From an uncultured Chthonomonadaceae bacterium (GTDB taxonomy: Bacteria; Armatimonadota; Chthonomonadetes; Chthonomonadales; Chthonomonadaceae): 64,000 nucleotides of DNA. The notes under the pieces were generated by a model. The model searched no databases. It was not told the DNA's origin and saw only the letters and a program-made list of their open reading frames with translations. The position numbers and the translations under genes are program-made. Location of the stretch: positions 32,001 through 96,000 of the forward strand of contig CAWIEK010000050.1 of assembly GCA_963835065.1 (NCBI GenBank). The letters run 5' to 3'. This document shows positions 20,482-29,627 of this stretch, piece after piece; within the stretch, counting starts at the first letter, position 1, and the number at the start of each line of letters is the position of its first letter.

Positions 20482-21912
20482 CTACTTGTTCAGCCAGGCA
20501 TGACGCTGGCGTATCTTTTGCGCCTGTTCGGGGTTGACCATGTGGAGGAAGGACAGGTAGCCACCGGCGTACAGCAGGGCGTTCTTGCCGATACGCTCCG
20601 ACATGGTTTGCAGCCCTTCGGTTTCGCAGTGGTGCAAAAAGGCGCGGAACTTGCGCAGGTCGCGGCGGGACAGGCGCGGCGTTTCGTTCACCACCACGCC
20701 CGTCACCACCTGCCGATGCTGCGGGCGCATCACGCGGGTTTTGCCCTCATTGATAACATAGCCTTCTTCCGCAATGATGTGCCGCAAGCGGGTGAACAAC
20801 ATGCCGGTCGGGGCTTCCTTATCCGCATGGGAAAAGACAAGATCGTCGGCGTAGCGGGTATACGTGAAGCCGTAGCGTTTGGCGATCCCGGTTAGGCGCG
20901 AATCCAGACGGCGGCACAGGATGTTGGTAATCGCGGGGGATGTGCAGGCTCCCTGCGGCAATTGGCGCTCACCAATCGCAACGTGCCGTTTTTGCCCGTC
21001 CAATGTCAGGGCGACGCGGGGCGATTCGGTGCAAAGCAGGGCCAGAATGGACGCTACGCCCTCGTTGTACCCCAAATGCGTAAACAAGCCCTTCACGCGC
21101 CGAAACTGAATGGACGGAAAAAAGTCTTTCAAGTCCACGCGCACTACCAATTGCTTGCCCGTATGCCGCTGCGCGTTGTGCAGAATGGAACGTTTGGGAC
21201 GGAACGCCATCGCCGCGTCGTGGATGTTGACGCGGTTCAGGATGCTCGTCAGTACCCACGATTGCGCGGTTCGCAGTTGCTTTTTGGGCGCGGAAATCGC
21301 CCGCATCCCGCCGCTCCGCTTGGGAATGGAAAAATGCGCGTAGTGGTCAATCACGGTTGCGCCCCGGTGGTAGGTGAGCCACGCCAGTGTCTTTGTTTCT
21401 ATGCCCATCGCGTTCGCCAGTTCTTCCGCCGAACTCAGCGCAGGCAGGCTTGCGCCCTCTACTTTCGCCGCATCCCCGCCCTCATACCGCAGTCCCGCCG
21501 ACACGCCATGCCCGAGATACGGCAGCGTTCTCGCCCGCCATTCCTTCACCTGCTCCGAACGCGCGGCCTGTTCCGCTTCCTTTTGCTGCTTTTTGGCGAC
21601 CCGCGCCGCCCGAACCCGCTCGATCCGCTTTTTGCGGATGTCCTGTATCAGCGCGGGAATGTTACGGCCTAAATTGATCTCTTTATCCAACTGCTGCAAT
21701 TCCGCCCGCGCGGCCTGCAAGCCCGGATACAATTCTTTCAGTTTGGCTTCCGCATCCGCAATCTGCTGCGTCACTCCGGCCTGCGGCGGCCAGAATCCCA
21801 GCCGCTCCATCTCTTCTTTGATGAACGCTTCCTTGCCGATTTCGCGCATCCGGTCGCGCCAATTGGCCTGCGTCACGGGCTGGTTCGGGGTTACGGTGGT
21901 GTCGGTGGTCAT
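20482..21912 (-). CDS. Retron-type reverse transcriptase with long N-terminal extension (myxobacterial Mx162-like / type XIII-like)
   Basis: IPKRSGGMR, region X NAQRH, DLKDFFPSI, LPQGACTSP, YADD, region Y VTG. No maturase or endonuclease domain. Confidence 0.92.
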   Translation of the reverse strand: MTTDTTVTPNQPVTQANWRDRMREIGKEAFIKEEMERLGFWPPQAGVTQQIADAEAKLKELYPGLQAARAELQQLDKEINLGRNIPALIQDIRKKRIERVRAARVAKKQQKEAEQAARSEQVKEWRARTLPYLGHGVSAGLRYEGGDAAKVEGASLPALSSAEELANAMGIETKTLAWLTYHRGATVIDHYAHFSIPKRSGGMRAISAPKKQLRTAQSWVLTSILNRVNIHDAAMAFRPKRSILHNAQRHTGKQLVVRVDLKDFFPSIQFRRVKGLFTHLGYNEGVASILALLCTESPRVALTLDGQKRHVAIGERQLPQGACTSPAITNILCRRLDSRLTGIAKRYGFTYTRYADDLVFSHADKEAPTGMLFTRLRHIIAEEGYVINEGKTRVMRPQHRQVVTGVVVNETPRLSRRDLRKFRAFLHHCETEGLQTMSERIGKNALLYAGGYLSFLHMVNPEQAQKIRQRHAWLNK

Positions 21913-21924
21913 GGGAAATCCTTG

Positions 21925-22044
21925 AGTAGTCAGTAGTCAGTAGTCAGTAGTCAGTAGCTGTCCTACTCATTACCTTTGCCAACGCACAAGGTTTTGAGTA
22001 AGCAGGGATTTCTACTGACTACTGACTACTGACTACTGACTACT
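21925..22044. repeat. MITE-like palindrome: (AGTAGTC)n - 54 nt core - (GACTACT)n, copy 1
   Basis: Inverted heptamer arrays at 21925-21957 and 22012-22044. Confidence 0.85.
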
Positions 22045-24022
22045 TCTTCATCATCTCTTCAAACTGCCCTTCCGTTAAAACCGCCACGCCCAACTGCTGC
22101 GCTTTGGCGAGTTTGGAGCCGGCTTTGTCGCCGGCGACGAGATAGGTGGTGTTTTTGCTCACGCTGCCGGACGCGGTTCCGCCGTACTGCCGGACAAGGT
22201 CTTCGGCCTGTTCGCGGGTGAACAGGGTTAAGGCTCCGGTGAACACGAAGGTTTTGCCTGCGAACAGCGTGGGGTCAATGCCGCTGCCGGGTTTGGCGTC
22301 CTTGCTTGCCTGCTGCAAAGCGACTTGTTCGGACGCGAGGGCGGCAGCCGCGAGAATGTGGGCGCACGGCCCCTTGCGCAGTTTTTCGCGCTTGAAGAAC
22401 GAACACGAGCATTGCGCATACTGAACGCGCCCGTCCAGGTCAACGTCCAAAATCACGTCCTGCGTTTTGTTGCCCCGCGCATCGTCGCGTACTTCGGCCT
22501 GAACGCGCACCCGGTCTTCCCCGCCATTGGCGGGAGCGCCGAACGTCAGTTTGCTGTCGTCTACCGCATCCGCCCACTTCACGCCTTTCGCCGTTACAAT
22601 GCGCCTCGCCTGCGCCATGCGCTTGTCCTGATCGGTTTCCGGCAGTTTGATGGGAACCGGCAACAATGCCCGCCAGCGATACTGCCCCGTGATATGGTCA
22701 TACATCGCCTGCCCCTGCGCGCAGCACTGCTGCAAGGCGGAAGTTGCGGCATCGCGGGGTATGGACAGTTCCGAAGCAAGGGTTTCCGGCGTCAGGTGCA
22801 GTTTGTCGGACAGGGTTTTTAGGGCTTTTTCTACCACATCGGGCGGAGCCGTATTGGTGGACGCCAGCAAATCGAAACGCGCCGCCTGCGCCCAATCGTT
22901 TTTTGTCCAGCCGGACAAGCCCAGATCGAAACGCTGGTTTTTCTGAAATACGGTCCAGTAGGAAGGCAGGCCGCCGCCGAGCAAGCGCACCTGTACCCAA
23001 TCGGCGTGAGGCAGCAGCGACTCCATCACCAGCAAGCGCCGCCGTCCCCAAATGCGGATTTCGCCCTCATACTCGCCATTATAAACGTGTTCGTGTTCCT
23101 GAACCACGTCGTTCCACGGCTCCACGACAATGGACGGCTTTTGTCCCGGCTTCACGACAAACCGCAGCGAACGCGGCCCGACTTTTTCCCGCTTTCGGCG
23201 CAGAATGGCAAGCACATCGGCAACCGTCGCCGCGCTGAGTTTCAAATCCACCGTGCCGAACGCGGCTGCCGACTGCACCTGCAAAAAGCCGCGTACCCAC
23301 GTCGGCGGCAGGTCTATTTTCTTTTCTACCGACTCGCCCGCGCTGGTCGCAACGGTCACGCCCTCCGCGCCGATCTGCAAAAAGGCGGGGCGATAACTGC
23401 GAATACGCCGGATTTCATCGGCAAGCGGGCGGCTGTAATCAATGTTGGTCGTGCCGTACACGGCCTGCCCGAAAATGTCCAGACTTTCGGTGGGAACCGT
23501 GACGCGCCCGTAACTCAACTCGTCCTGCGAAAACACTTCAAAAATCAGGCAGTCGGGATGAACGCTGACAACCGGATCAAGCACCCACCACGCTTCGCGG
23601 TCATGCTCCAGCAGCCAGCCGAAATAACGGCGCTTGTGCTGATAGTACACGCCCCCGGACGCCAGATTTTCCAGATCCCGCACTTCTTTGTAACGCTTGT
23701 TGACGTCGGCCAGCGCTTCTTTACGCCGCTCCATCAGGGCGGGCAATGTGGCGGCGCGTTCCGTCAGTTCCGCGCCCAACTCTTCCAGATACCGCTGCTG
23801 TACCCACTCCTGATACGCGGTATGGTCTTTGGGCGCGTTGCGCAAGTCCGACGTGACGACCTCGTACAGGGCCAGCATCAGGCGCGCATACGCCAGACTG
23901 TCCTTAACCATCGCGTCCAGATGCACGGGCGGACGCGACTGCTCGGCGGACACATCCAGGTGCATCCCGTCCGAAGCCATATTCCCGCTGCTCGGGCGCG
24001 CATAATGTTGTGTTATTTCCAT
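22040..24022 (-). CDS. SWIM zinc-finger protein with C-terminal BRCT domain (retron accessory)
   Basis: CSC-x11-CAH SWIM motif; [23 protein letters not shown]...[22 protein letters not shown] (LigA-type BRCT); N-terminal [36 protein letters not shown]. Confidence 0.88.
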   Translation of the reverse strand: MEITQHYARPSSGNMASDGMHLDVSAEQSRPPVHLDAMVKDSLAYARLMLALYEVVTSDLRNAPKDHTAYQEWVQQRYLEELGAELTERAATLPALMERRKEALADVNKRYKEVRDLENLASGGVYYQHKRRYFGWLLEHDREAWWVLDPVVSVHPDCLIFEVFSQDELSYGRVTVPTESLDIFGQAVYGTTNIDYSRPLADEIRRIRSYRPAFLQIGAEGVTVATSAGESVEKKIDLPPTWVRGFLQVQSAAAFGTVDLKLSAATVADVLAILRRKREKVGPRSLRFVVKPGQKPSIVVEPWNDVVQEHEHVYNGEYEGEIRIWGRRRLLVMESLLPHADWVQVRLLGGGLPSYWTVFQKNQRFDLGLSGWTKNDWAQAARFDLLASTNTAPPDVVEKALKTLSDKLHLTPETLASELSIPRDAATSALQQCCAQGQAMYDHITGQYRWRALLPVPIKLPETDQDKRMAQARRIVTAKGVKWADAVDDSKLTFGAPANGGEDRVRVQAEVRDDARGNKTQDVILDVDLDGRVQYAQCSCSFFKREKLRKGPCAHILAAAALASEQVALQQASKDAKPGSGIDPTLFAGKTFVFTGALTLFTREQAEDLVRQYGGTASGSVSKNTTYLVAGDKAGSKLAKAQQLGVAVLTEGQFEEMMKK

Positions 24023-24033
24023 GTTGAACTCCA

Positions 24034-24153
24034 AGTAGTCAGTAGTCAGTAGTCAGTAGTCAGTAGAAATGCCGCACTGCTCAAAGTTTTGCGTAATTGC
24101 AGAAGTAATAAGTAGGACCGCTACTGACTACTGACTACTGACTACTGGCTACT
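24034..24153. repeat. MITE-like palindrome, copy 2 (core inverted relative to copy 1)
   Basis: (AGTAGTC)n at 24034-24066 and the complementary array at 24121-24153. The core is homologous to the reverse complement of the copy 1 core. Confidence 0.85.
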
Positions 24154-27100
24154 TCGACCCCTTCAATCTCCACCCCCGCCACCGCCAGCCTTGCCAGTTG
24201 GCCTAATGCCCATTCCGCGTCGCGGGACGAGCGGCCGCGCGCCAGTTCCAGCAGGAGGGGAATGTCCTGCGAGGTTTCCGCGTCCAGGCGGCGCTTGACC
24301 AGTTCTTTGGCTTTGCGGCCTTGATTGCGGGCGCGCAGTACCTGACGGTCGAAGGCGGGAGCCTGCGCGAATCGTTCCTCGGTTTGTGAGCAGGCGGGAC
24401 GCGAGAAACGCTTCCATTTGCGGGTCGGTGTTTTCCGACAGGCGGTTGAATATCGCCTCGTGGGAAACGGCTTCCCAACGCGCTTCCAGGTATTGCCGGC
24501 CATAAGCGCGAACCGGGGCTTTGGGGCTGTCGCACAGGGCGGTAATGAACTCAATGGCGTGTTCGTCGTTAGTCGGCACGGCCTCAAAGAACGTTTTGCC
24601 CATAGCCACAGCGGGCGGCAGTTCGGACTCCAGCAGGCGCAGGGCGAACGGCATCCTCATGCCCACTTGCGCAACGCGCTCCAGCCCCCAGGCGCGAATG
24701 TCGGGCAGCATATGCGTGGCGATTTGCAGCAGGGCGGGCGAGTCGGCGGTAAACAGCGCGTCATGCGCCTGTACCCATCGGCCTAAAATCGGGCCGTAAA
24801 CCGGGTTGGCGGTGTTCAGAAATTCGGGATCGTCAAGCGTCAGGAAGGTGGCGCTGACGATTTCATCTTCGAGCAGGCGGGAAGATGAGAACCGGGTTGT
24901 TTGCCGTACCTACCTGCTTCCATGCCAGTTGCCAGAACGCGGCGATTTGGCCCGCCTGTTCCAGGCCGTTGACAATGGTTTGCCGCAGTTCGGGCCACTG
25001 CGCGTCCGTTGCCGCTCCCACCAGTCCAAGTATGGAGGCGACGGGCAGAACCCGCACAATGTTTTGCAGTGCGGATTGCGGCAATAGCCTGACCAGAAAC
25101 GGGCGCGTTTCCAGCAAGCCTTGCAGCCGGGTTCCATCCAGCGACAGGCGATTAAACAGGGCAATGGCAGCCGGGGAACCGGTTGCCGAGCGCAGGGCGT
25201 CCGTTTCCGTTGTGGCGGCAAGCAGTTCGTCCCAGACAGGAATTAAGTTGCTGTCGGGCGTCATACTGGCGGCAATCAAGTCCCATCCGGTGCGCCGTAT
25301 CCATTCGGAAGGGGCATTGACCAGTTCCTTCATTTTGGCTGTTGGAATCGGTTTGGAGCGGATACTTTCCGTCAGGGCGCCCAGGGCTTGCGTCCGCAAA
25401 TCATCCGGCAAGTTTTCAAGATTTTGCAGCCACACGTCCAGTTGCGCAATTGACGCCTGCCGCAGCGTGTCCAATCCCCATTGCAGCAATTCCGGCCTGC
25501 GCGTGGCATATAACTGCACGGCAAGCGCGGGAGATACCTGCTTACTCAGCACGGTGGGGAACTGCGCGACAAGGTATGCGAAAGCAATCCCCTGTCGGCG
25601 CGTCAGTTTGCCGTCTTGAGCGTTGTCGCTTGCCAGTTTGTACAGGCGGTACGCGAAAGGATTGATCCATTGGCTGCTCAGATTGGCTTGCCGCGCAATA
25701 TAATCTTTTATGGTCTGGCGCGTTCGGCCACTGCCCTTGAAAAAAACTTCCGCCGCTATATCTGCGGCTACGGTTTCCCCGTTGGCGAGTTTGGAAGCGA
25801 GGGCGCGGGATGCAAGCGTTGCCAGCAGGGGCGAGGGCGACTGCAAAAAGAACAACAGTCCGACATCCGGCACGTTGGGCAAAGGCCGCTTCATGCCGCG
25901 CAGCATTTTGCAGGCCGCTTCATGGGTTTGCCAGGGCAGTTCGGGCGTGACAACGAGGCTTTCCACCTGCTGCGGATAGCGATCCCAAAATTCGGGATGG
26001 CGCTCTTCGCGGGTGCGCAGGCTCAGATGCCTGCCGCGCAGCAGGTACGCGCCCCGTCCGTGCGATGCCTGTTCGTAGCGGCGGGAGTTGCCGTACAGAA
26101 TGTCCATCGAAACCCATTGTACGCGGGTGTCGAGTTCCTGCCGATCCTTGCCCGTTGTCAGCAACATTTGCGTTGCCTGCTGAACATACTGCGCGGGGTC
26201 TTGTTCGGCCAGGCTGCGCAGGGCGCGGCGGACGCGGCGTTTCATGTAGCCGAAGGTTTTGTTGGACGGCAACGCGCCGAGCAGATAGGGACGCTCCGGC
26301 TGGCGAACATCCAGGATTTGCAGGGACGAGGCGTGATGAGGCCGGGTTTGCAGGTCAAAAAAGACATGGTTCGGGTCATCGGCGGAAGCGGCTATCGGCC
26401 CGACAATGCCGCCGATAAACGCGCCCATAAGCCGGGGCTGTGTGGGAACGGCAATGTCAACAACTTTCAGGCCGCTTTGCTTGACATTGTTATAGCCCGG
26501 CCCTTCAAAACTGACGAAGGCGTGATTTTTGCCAAGCGCAAGCGATTTGGCGCTTTCAAATTCCAGCATGGTGGCGGGTGTGAGGGGGATTCCATGTGCA
26601 TCCAGCCGATACACGTTCAGCCCCAATTTTTCCGCAGCCGTCTCATAATAGCTGGCGCGTCCCACAGTGACAAACAGGTGATTATCCTGAATTCTAATGT
26701 CGGTGGCTCCCGGCACATCCAGTGAGTTCGCCTGACGCGGCTGAAAGGGGTTGGACAGATCGTAAGTGACGATTTTCTGGCGGTTGTTGTAGCGTTCGCC
26801 GGACAGAACGTAAATCTTTTGCCCCAAAACGGCAAAATCGATAGGCGCGTCCACTTTGGTCTTGCTGACCGTTACAACAGCAGTGAGGATTGGAAACGTT
26901 CAGAATTGTCAGAAAACACTCGCGGTAGTAGTTGCTGATGACTGCCACACTCATGCCCAGGCGGGCAATACGAACCGGATATTTCAACTCACTGGAAGCA
27001 ATGCTTTGAGGATGGGCCGGATTGGACACGTCCACGATATGCAGCATTCCTGTCTGCCGATTGTAATACCCGCTTTCAAGGACGTAGGCCGTTTTGCCAT

Positions 27101-27599
27101 TCTCCACTATCAAATCTTGTGGATTAGGAATGTTGAGGTAGCCCAAAGGCCGGGGCTGCGCAGGATCGGAAATGTCCAGAATATGCAGGCCGGGGCGATT
27201 GCCTCTGGTCAGCAGATACGCGAGGCTGCCGGATACGAACACCCGCGCAGTGTTGTTGATACCCGCCGACGTGAGGGGCGTCGGCAGCATTTCCGGCGTT
27301 TCGGGCAAGGGCTGAACGTCCAGCCGACACGCAAGCGGCTGCAAAATATCCCAATCCTGCAACGTTTCCGCCGCCTTGTACAAGCGCTTCACCTGCGCCC
27401 AATAGCCATACGCAAACGGCGCGGTCTGCGCCACCTGTTTCCATTCGGCGCGGTTTGCCTCCGTAATGGCAATCGGCGCGGGTGGGGCGCTTGTAGCCGT
27501 TGGCATATCAGCGGCAGTCGGAGCGGCAGCGCCCCCACCGAACAAACGTTTGAACAGGGACGCAATCGCCCCCAATCCTGATGGTTCATCCTGAGCCAT
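24135..27599 (-). CDS. Large (~1150 aa) retron accessory protein: LVIVD-like beta repeats plus ARM/HEAT-like helical region; at least 3 frameshifts (~26870, ~24885, ~24380)
   Basis: Joined from ORFs 26694-27719, 24863-26854, 24163-24711 and 24135-24587. Repeats LHILDISDPAQP, LHIVDVSNPAHP, YDLSNPFQP, LKVVDIAVPTQP, LQILDVRQPERP. Also YWAQVKRLYK, TFGYMKRRVRRALR and ALCDSPKAPVRAYG. Confidence 0.75.
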
Positions 27600-27643
27600 A
27601 ATGGTTTCTTTCAGGTTTAACAAAGAACCCCTGCTTGAGCGGT

Positions 27644-27690
27644 TCCCCTTCTCCCAGGCTTTTTTGGGAGAAGGGGTCAGGGGTTGAGGG
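27644..27690. repeat. REP-like palindrome
   Basis: CCCCTTCTCCCA...TGGGAGAAGGGG-TCAGGGGTTGAGGGC. A related element lies at 63893-63938. Confidence 0.6.
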
Positions 27691-27704
27691 CACGTTGGTA
27701 CAAC

Positions 27705-27926
27705 CGCGAACACAGCCACTAATCACGTAAAGAACCGGCGGCAATCACTGTAGGCCGGGGATTAAATGCAAATTTTCATGTCTCGCATGAACCTGTTACC
27801 ACAGCGTCAAAAACATGAAATTTGTATTTTATCCCCGGCTGAGTAGAATTGCTGCCCGGTGATGGATGGCAGGCGAACCAACAGCCATGGCGAAGCGCCA
27901 CAGGCTCAATGCTGGCAATGTTCGCG
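27705..27926 (-). ncRNA. Putative retron msr-msd ncRNA, unit 1 (gene-proximal)
   Basis: Terminal IR CGCGAACACAGCCA (27705-27718) / TGGCAATGTTCGCG (27913-27926). Candidate branching G at 27912 (-). Long hairpin 27734-27860. Confidence 0.85.
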
Positions 27927-27970
27927 CAAACGACGGCAATACCAAACCACTGCAAACAAGCGAGATGAAA

Positions 27971-28196
27971 GCGGAAAGTCTCTGCCACTGATCTTGTAAG
28001 CAACCGGCGGCGATCACTGTAGGCGTCCGGGGACCCTGCCTTTACTCGCTAGCGTGATTTTATATCTCTCAGCGCCGAATCGAGTAAAGGCAGGGTCCCC
28101 CGGACGCTGAGTAGAATCGCTGTCCGGTGACGGATGACGGGCAATACAGCAGCCACGGCGAAACGCCGCAGACGGAATGCTGACAGAAAACTCCGC
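27971..28196 (-). ncRNA. Putative retron msr-msd ncRNA, unit 2
   Basis: Terminal IR GCGGAAAGTCTCTGCCA (27971-27987) / TGACAGAAAACTCCGC (28181-28196). Candidate branching G at 28180 (-). 26-bp stem 28023-28048 / 28081-28107. Confidence 0.85.
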
Positions 28197-28209
28197 GGAG
28201 AATTCAGGA

Positions 28210-28281
28210 CAAAAGGCAAAAGGAGAAAGGAAAAAGTAACATGGCCGATCACTTTCTCCTTTTTCCTTTCTCCTTTCTCCT
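28210..28281. repeat. Purine/pyrimidine heptamer palindrome between ncRNA units 2 and 3
   Basis: AAAAGGC-AAAAGGA-GAAAGGA-AAAAG ... CTTTCTC-CTTTTTC-CTTTCTC-CTTTCTC. Confidence 0.7.
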
Positions 28282-28293
28282 GTAACTGCATGT

Positions 28294-28513
28294 GCCGAAA
28301 AAGCTACTAATCCTGTTGGGAACCGGCGGCGATCACTGTAGGCGGCAGGGTGCTAGTTGTCGCCGGGACGAGCATGGGCGCGTCTTCTCAGCGTCGAAGT
28401 TGCGGCGACAACTAGCACCCTGCCGCTGAGTAGAATCGCTGTCCGGTGTTGGATGGCAGGCGATACAGCAGCCATGGCGAAACGCCACAGACGGAATGCT
28501 AACCTGTTTCGGC
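28294..28513 (-). ncRNA. Putative retron msr-msd ncRNA, unit 3 (5'-most)
   Basis: Terminal IR GCCGAAAAAGCTA (28294-28306) / TAACCTGTTTCGGC (28500-28513). Candidate branching G at 28499 (-). Perfect 24-bp stem 28342-28365 / 28403-28426. Confidence 0.85.
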
Positions 28514-28710
28514 TCTGGTGTTCAGTTACAGGGCTTTCACTGTCGGACGATGCGCCGAACCGGAAAGCCGTTCTTGGAAATACGTTGGTTGGTCTGGAAA
28601 ATTCCTGCGAACGCGCTTTTTGTTGCTTGAAAACGGCGTCACCCTCACGGCTGCGCATTGATTGGGCGCAGAAGGTTTTCCTGCCGACTTGTAGCGCTGG
28701 GGCAAAGGAA

Positions 28711-29541
28711 TTACGGCTGCGCGCCGTGTTGGATTAGAAAGGGGATGAGCCGCGTATTGTTCTGTTCGCGGGCAATCGTCAGGGCGGTTTTGTGGTACTT
28801 GTTGCGTTGGTTGATGTCGGCGTGGTACTGAAGCAGCAGAGCGGCAATGTCTACCACGTCGCCATCCGGGGAGGTGGCAAGGTTCATCAGGGGCGTGTAG
28901 CCATAGTTGTCCCAGACGTTGGGATTGGCGCGGGCTTGCAGCAGCAATCGCGTTGCGGCAAGTTGATGCCCGTAAATGGCGTGGTGCAGGGGCGTCGCGC
29001 CCGAAGTGTCTCGAATGTTGATGTGCGGATGGCGCAGCAGCAAAGCCGCGATTATTTTCGGGTCGCCGCGTTTCGCCGCCAGCATCAGCAGAGTGGTATG
29101 CTGATCCGATTCAGGATCGTCCTCCACATCCACGTCGGCCCCATGCCGCAGCAGCGCCTCGAAGACCGGCCAGCACTCATATGATGCCGCCCTCGCAATA
29201 ACGGGAGGTCCACCATGCCTGTGATACATGCTGAACGTCTCCTGTAAGGTGGAGCGAAAATACCAGGGACGGAATATGTCCCGGCTGAACCAGCGGCCCA
29301 AAACACCGGTTGAGGAACTTTGCTCATAAGCATAGAGGCGTACATTCGGGTCCGCGCCCTGCTGAAGCAAACTTTCCACCTCGACGGCGTGTTCTGATTC
29401 TGCCGCTTTCAGCAGGGCGATGTTGAGCGTTTTGCGATGCGCGGCGTGGCAGACCCAAAGGGCAAACACGCCGCAAACCAGCAGCCCGCTCACGAAATAA
29501 CGCCGGAGCAGGCGAAGGAGACGGAGAAAGCGATTTTTCAC
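28711..29541 (-). CDS. Membrane-anchored ankyrin repeat protein
   Basis: GATPLHHA, GYTPLM, LLQQGADPN, N-terminal TM segment. Confidence 0.9.
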   Translation of the reverse strand: MKNRFLRLLRLLRRYFVSGLLVCGVFALWVCHAAHRKTLNIALLKAAESEHAVEVESLLQQGADPNVRLYAYEQSSSTGVLGRWFSRDIFRPWYFRSTLQETFSMYHRHGGPPVIARAASYECWPVFEALLRHGADVDVEDDPESDQHTTLLMLAAKRGDPKIIAALLLRHPHINIRDTSGATPLHHAIYGHQLAATRLLLQARANPNVWDNYGYTPLMNLATSPDGDVVDIAALLLQYHADINQRNKYHKTALTIAREQNNTRLIPFLIQHGAQP

Positions 29542-29627
29542 AGCAGTTCCCTCCTTTCCCTACCGCAATTTCTCAATGCCCGGCCAAAGGTGAACAAGCA
29601 TCTGATTCATCCTTCATCCTTCATCCT

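Noticed and set aside
20482..21912. Group II intron or DGR reverse transcriptase
   Set aside because: No maturase X or endonuclease domain, no intron domain V/VI, no TR/VR pair with adenine-specific differences, and retron NAxxH/VTG motifs are present.
27705..28513. CRISPR array interpretation of the repeats
   Set aside because: The period is 270-320 nt, the variable parts are self-complementary hairpins, the conserved blocks alternate in type, and there are no cas genes.
27776..28737. Short ORFs across the ncRNA array
   Set aside because: No RBS or coding pattern; conservation follows base pairing rather than codons.
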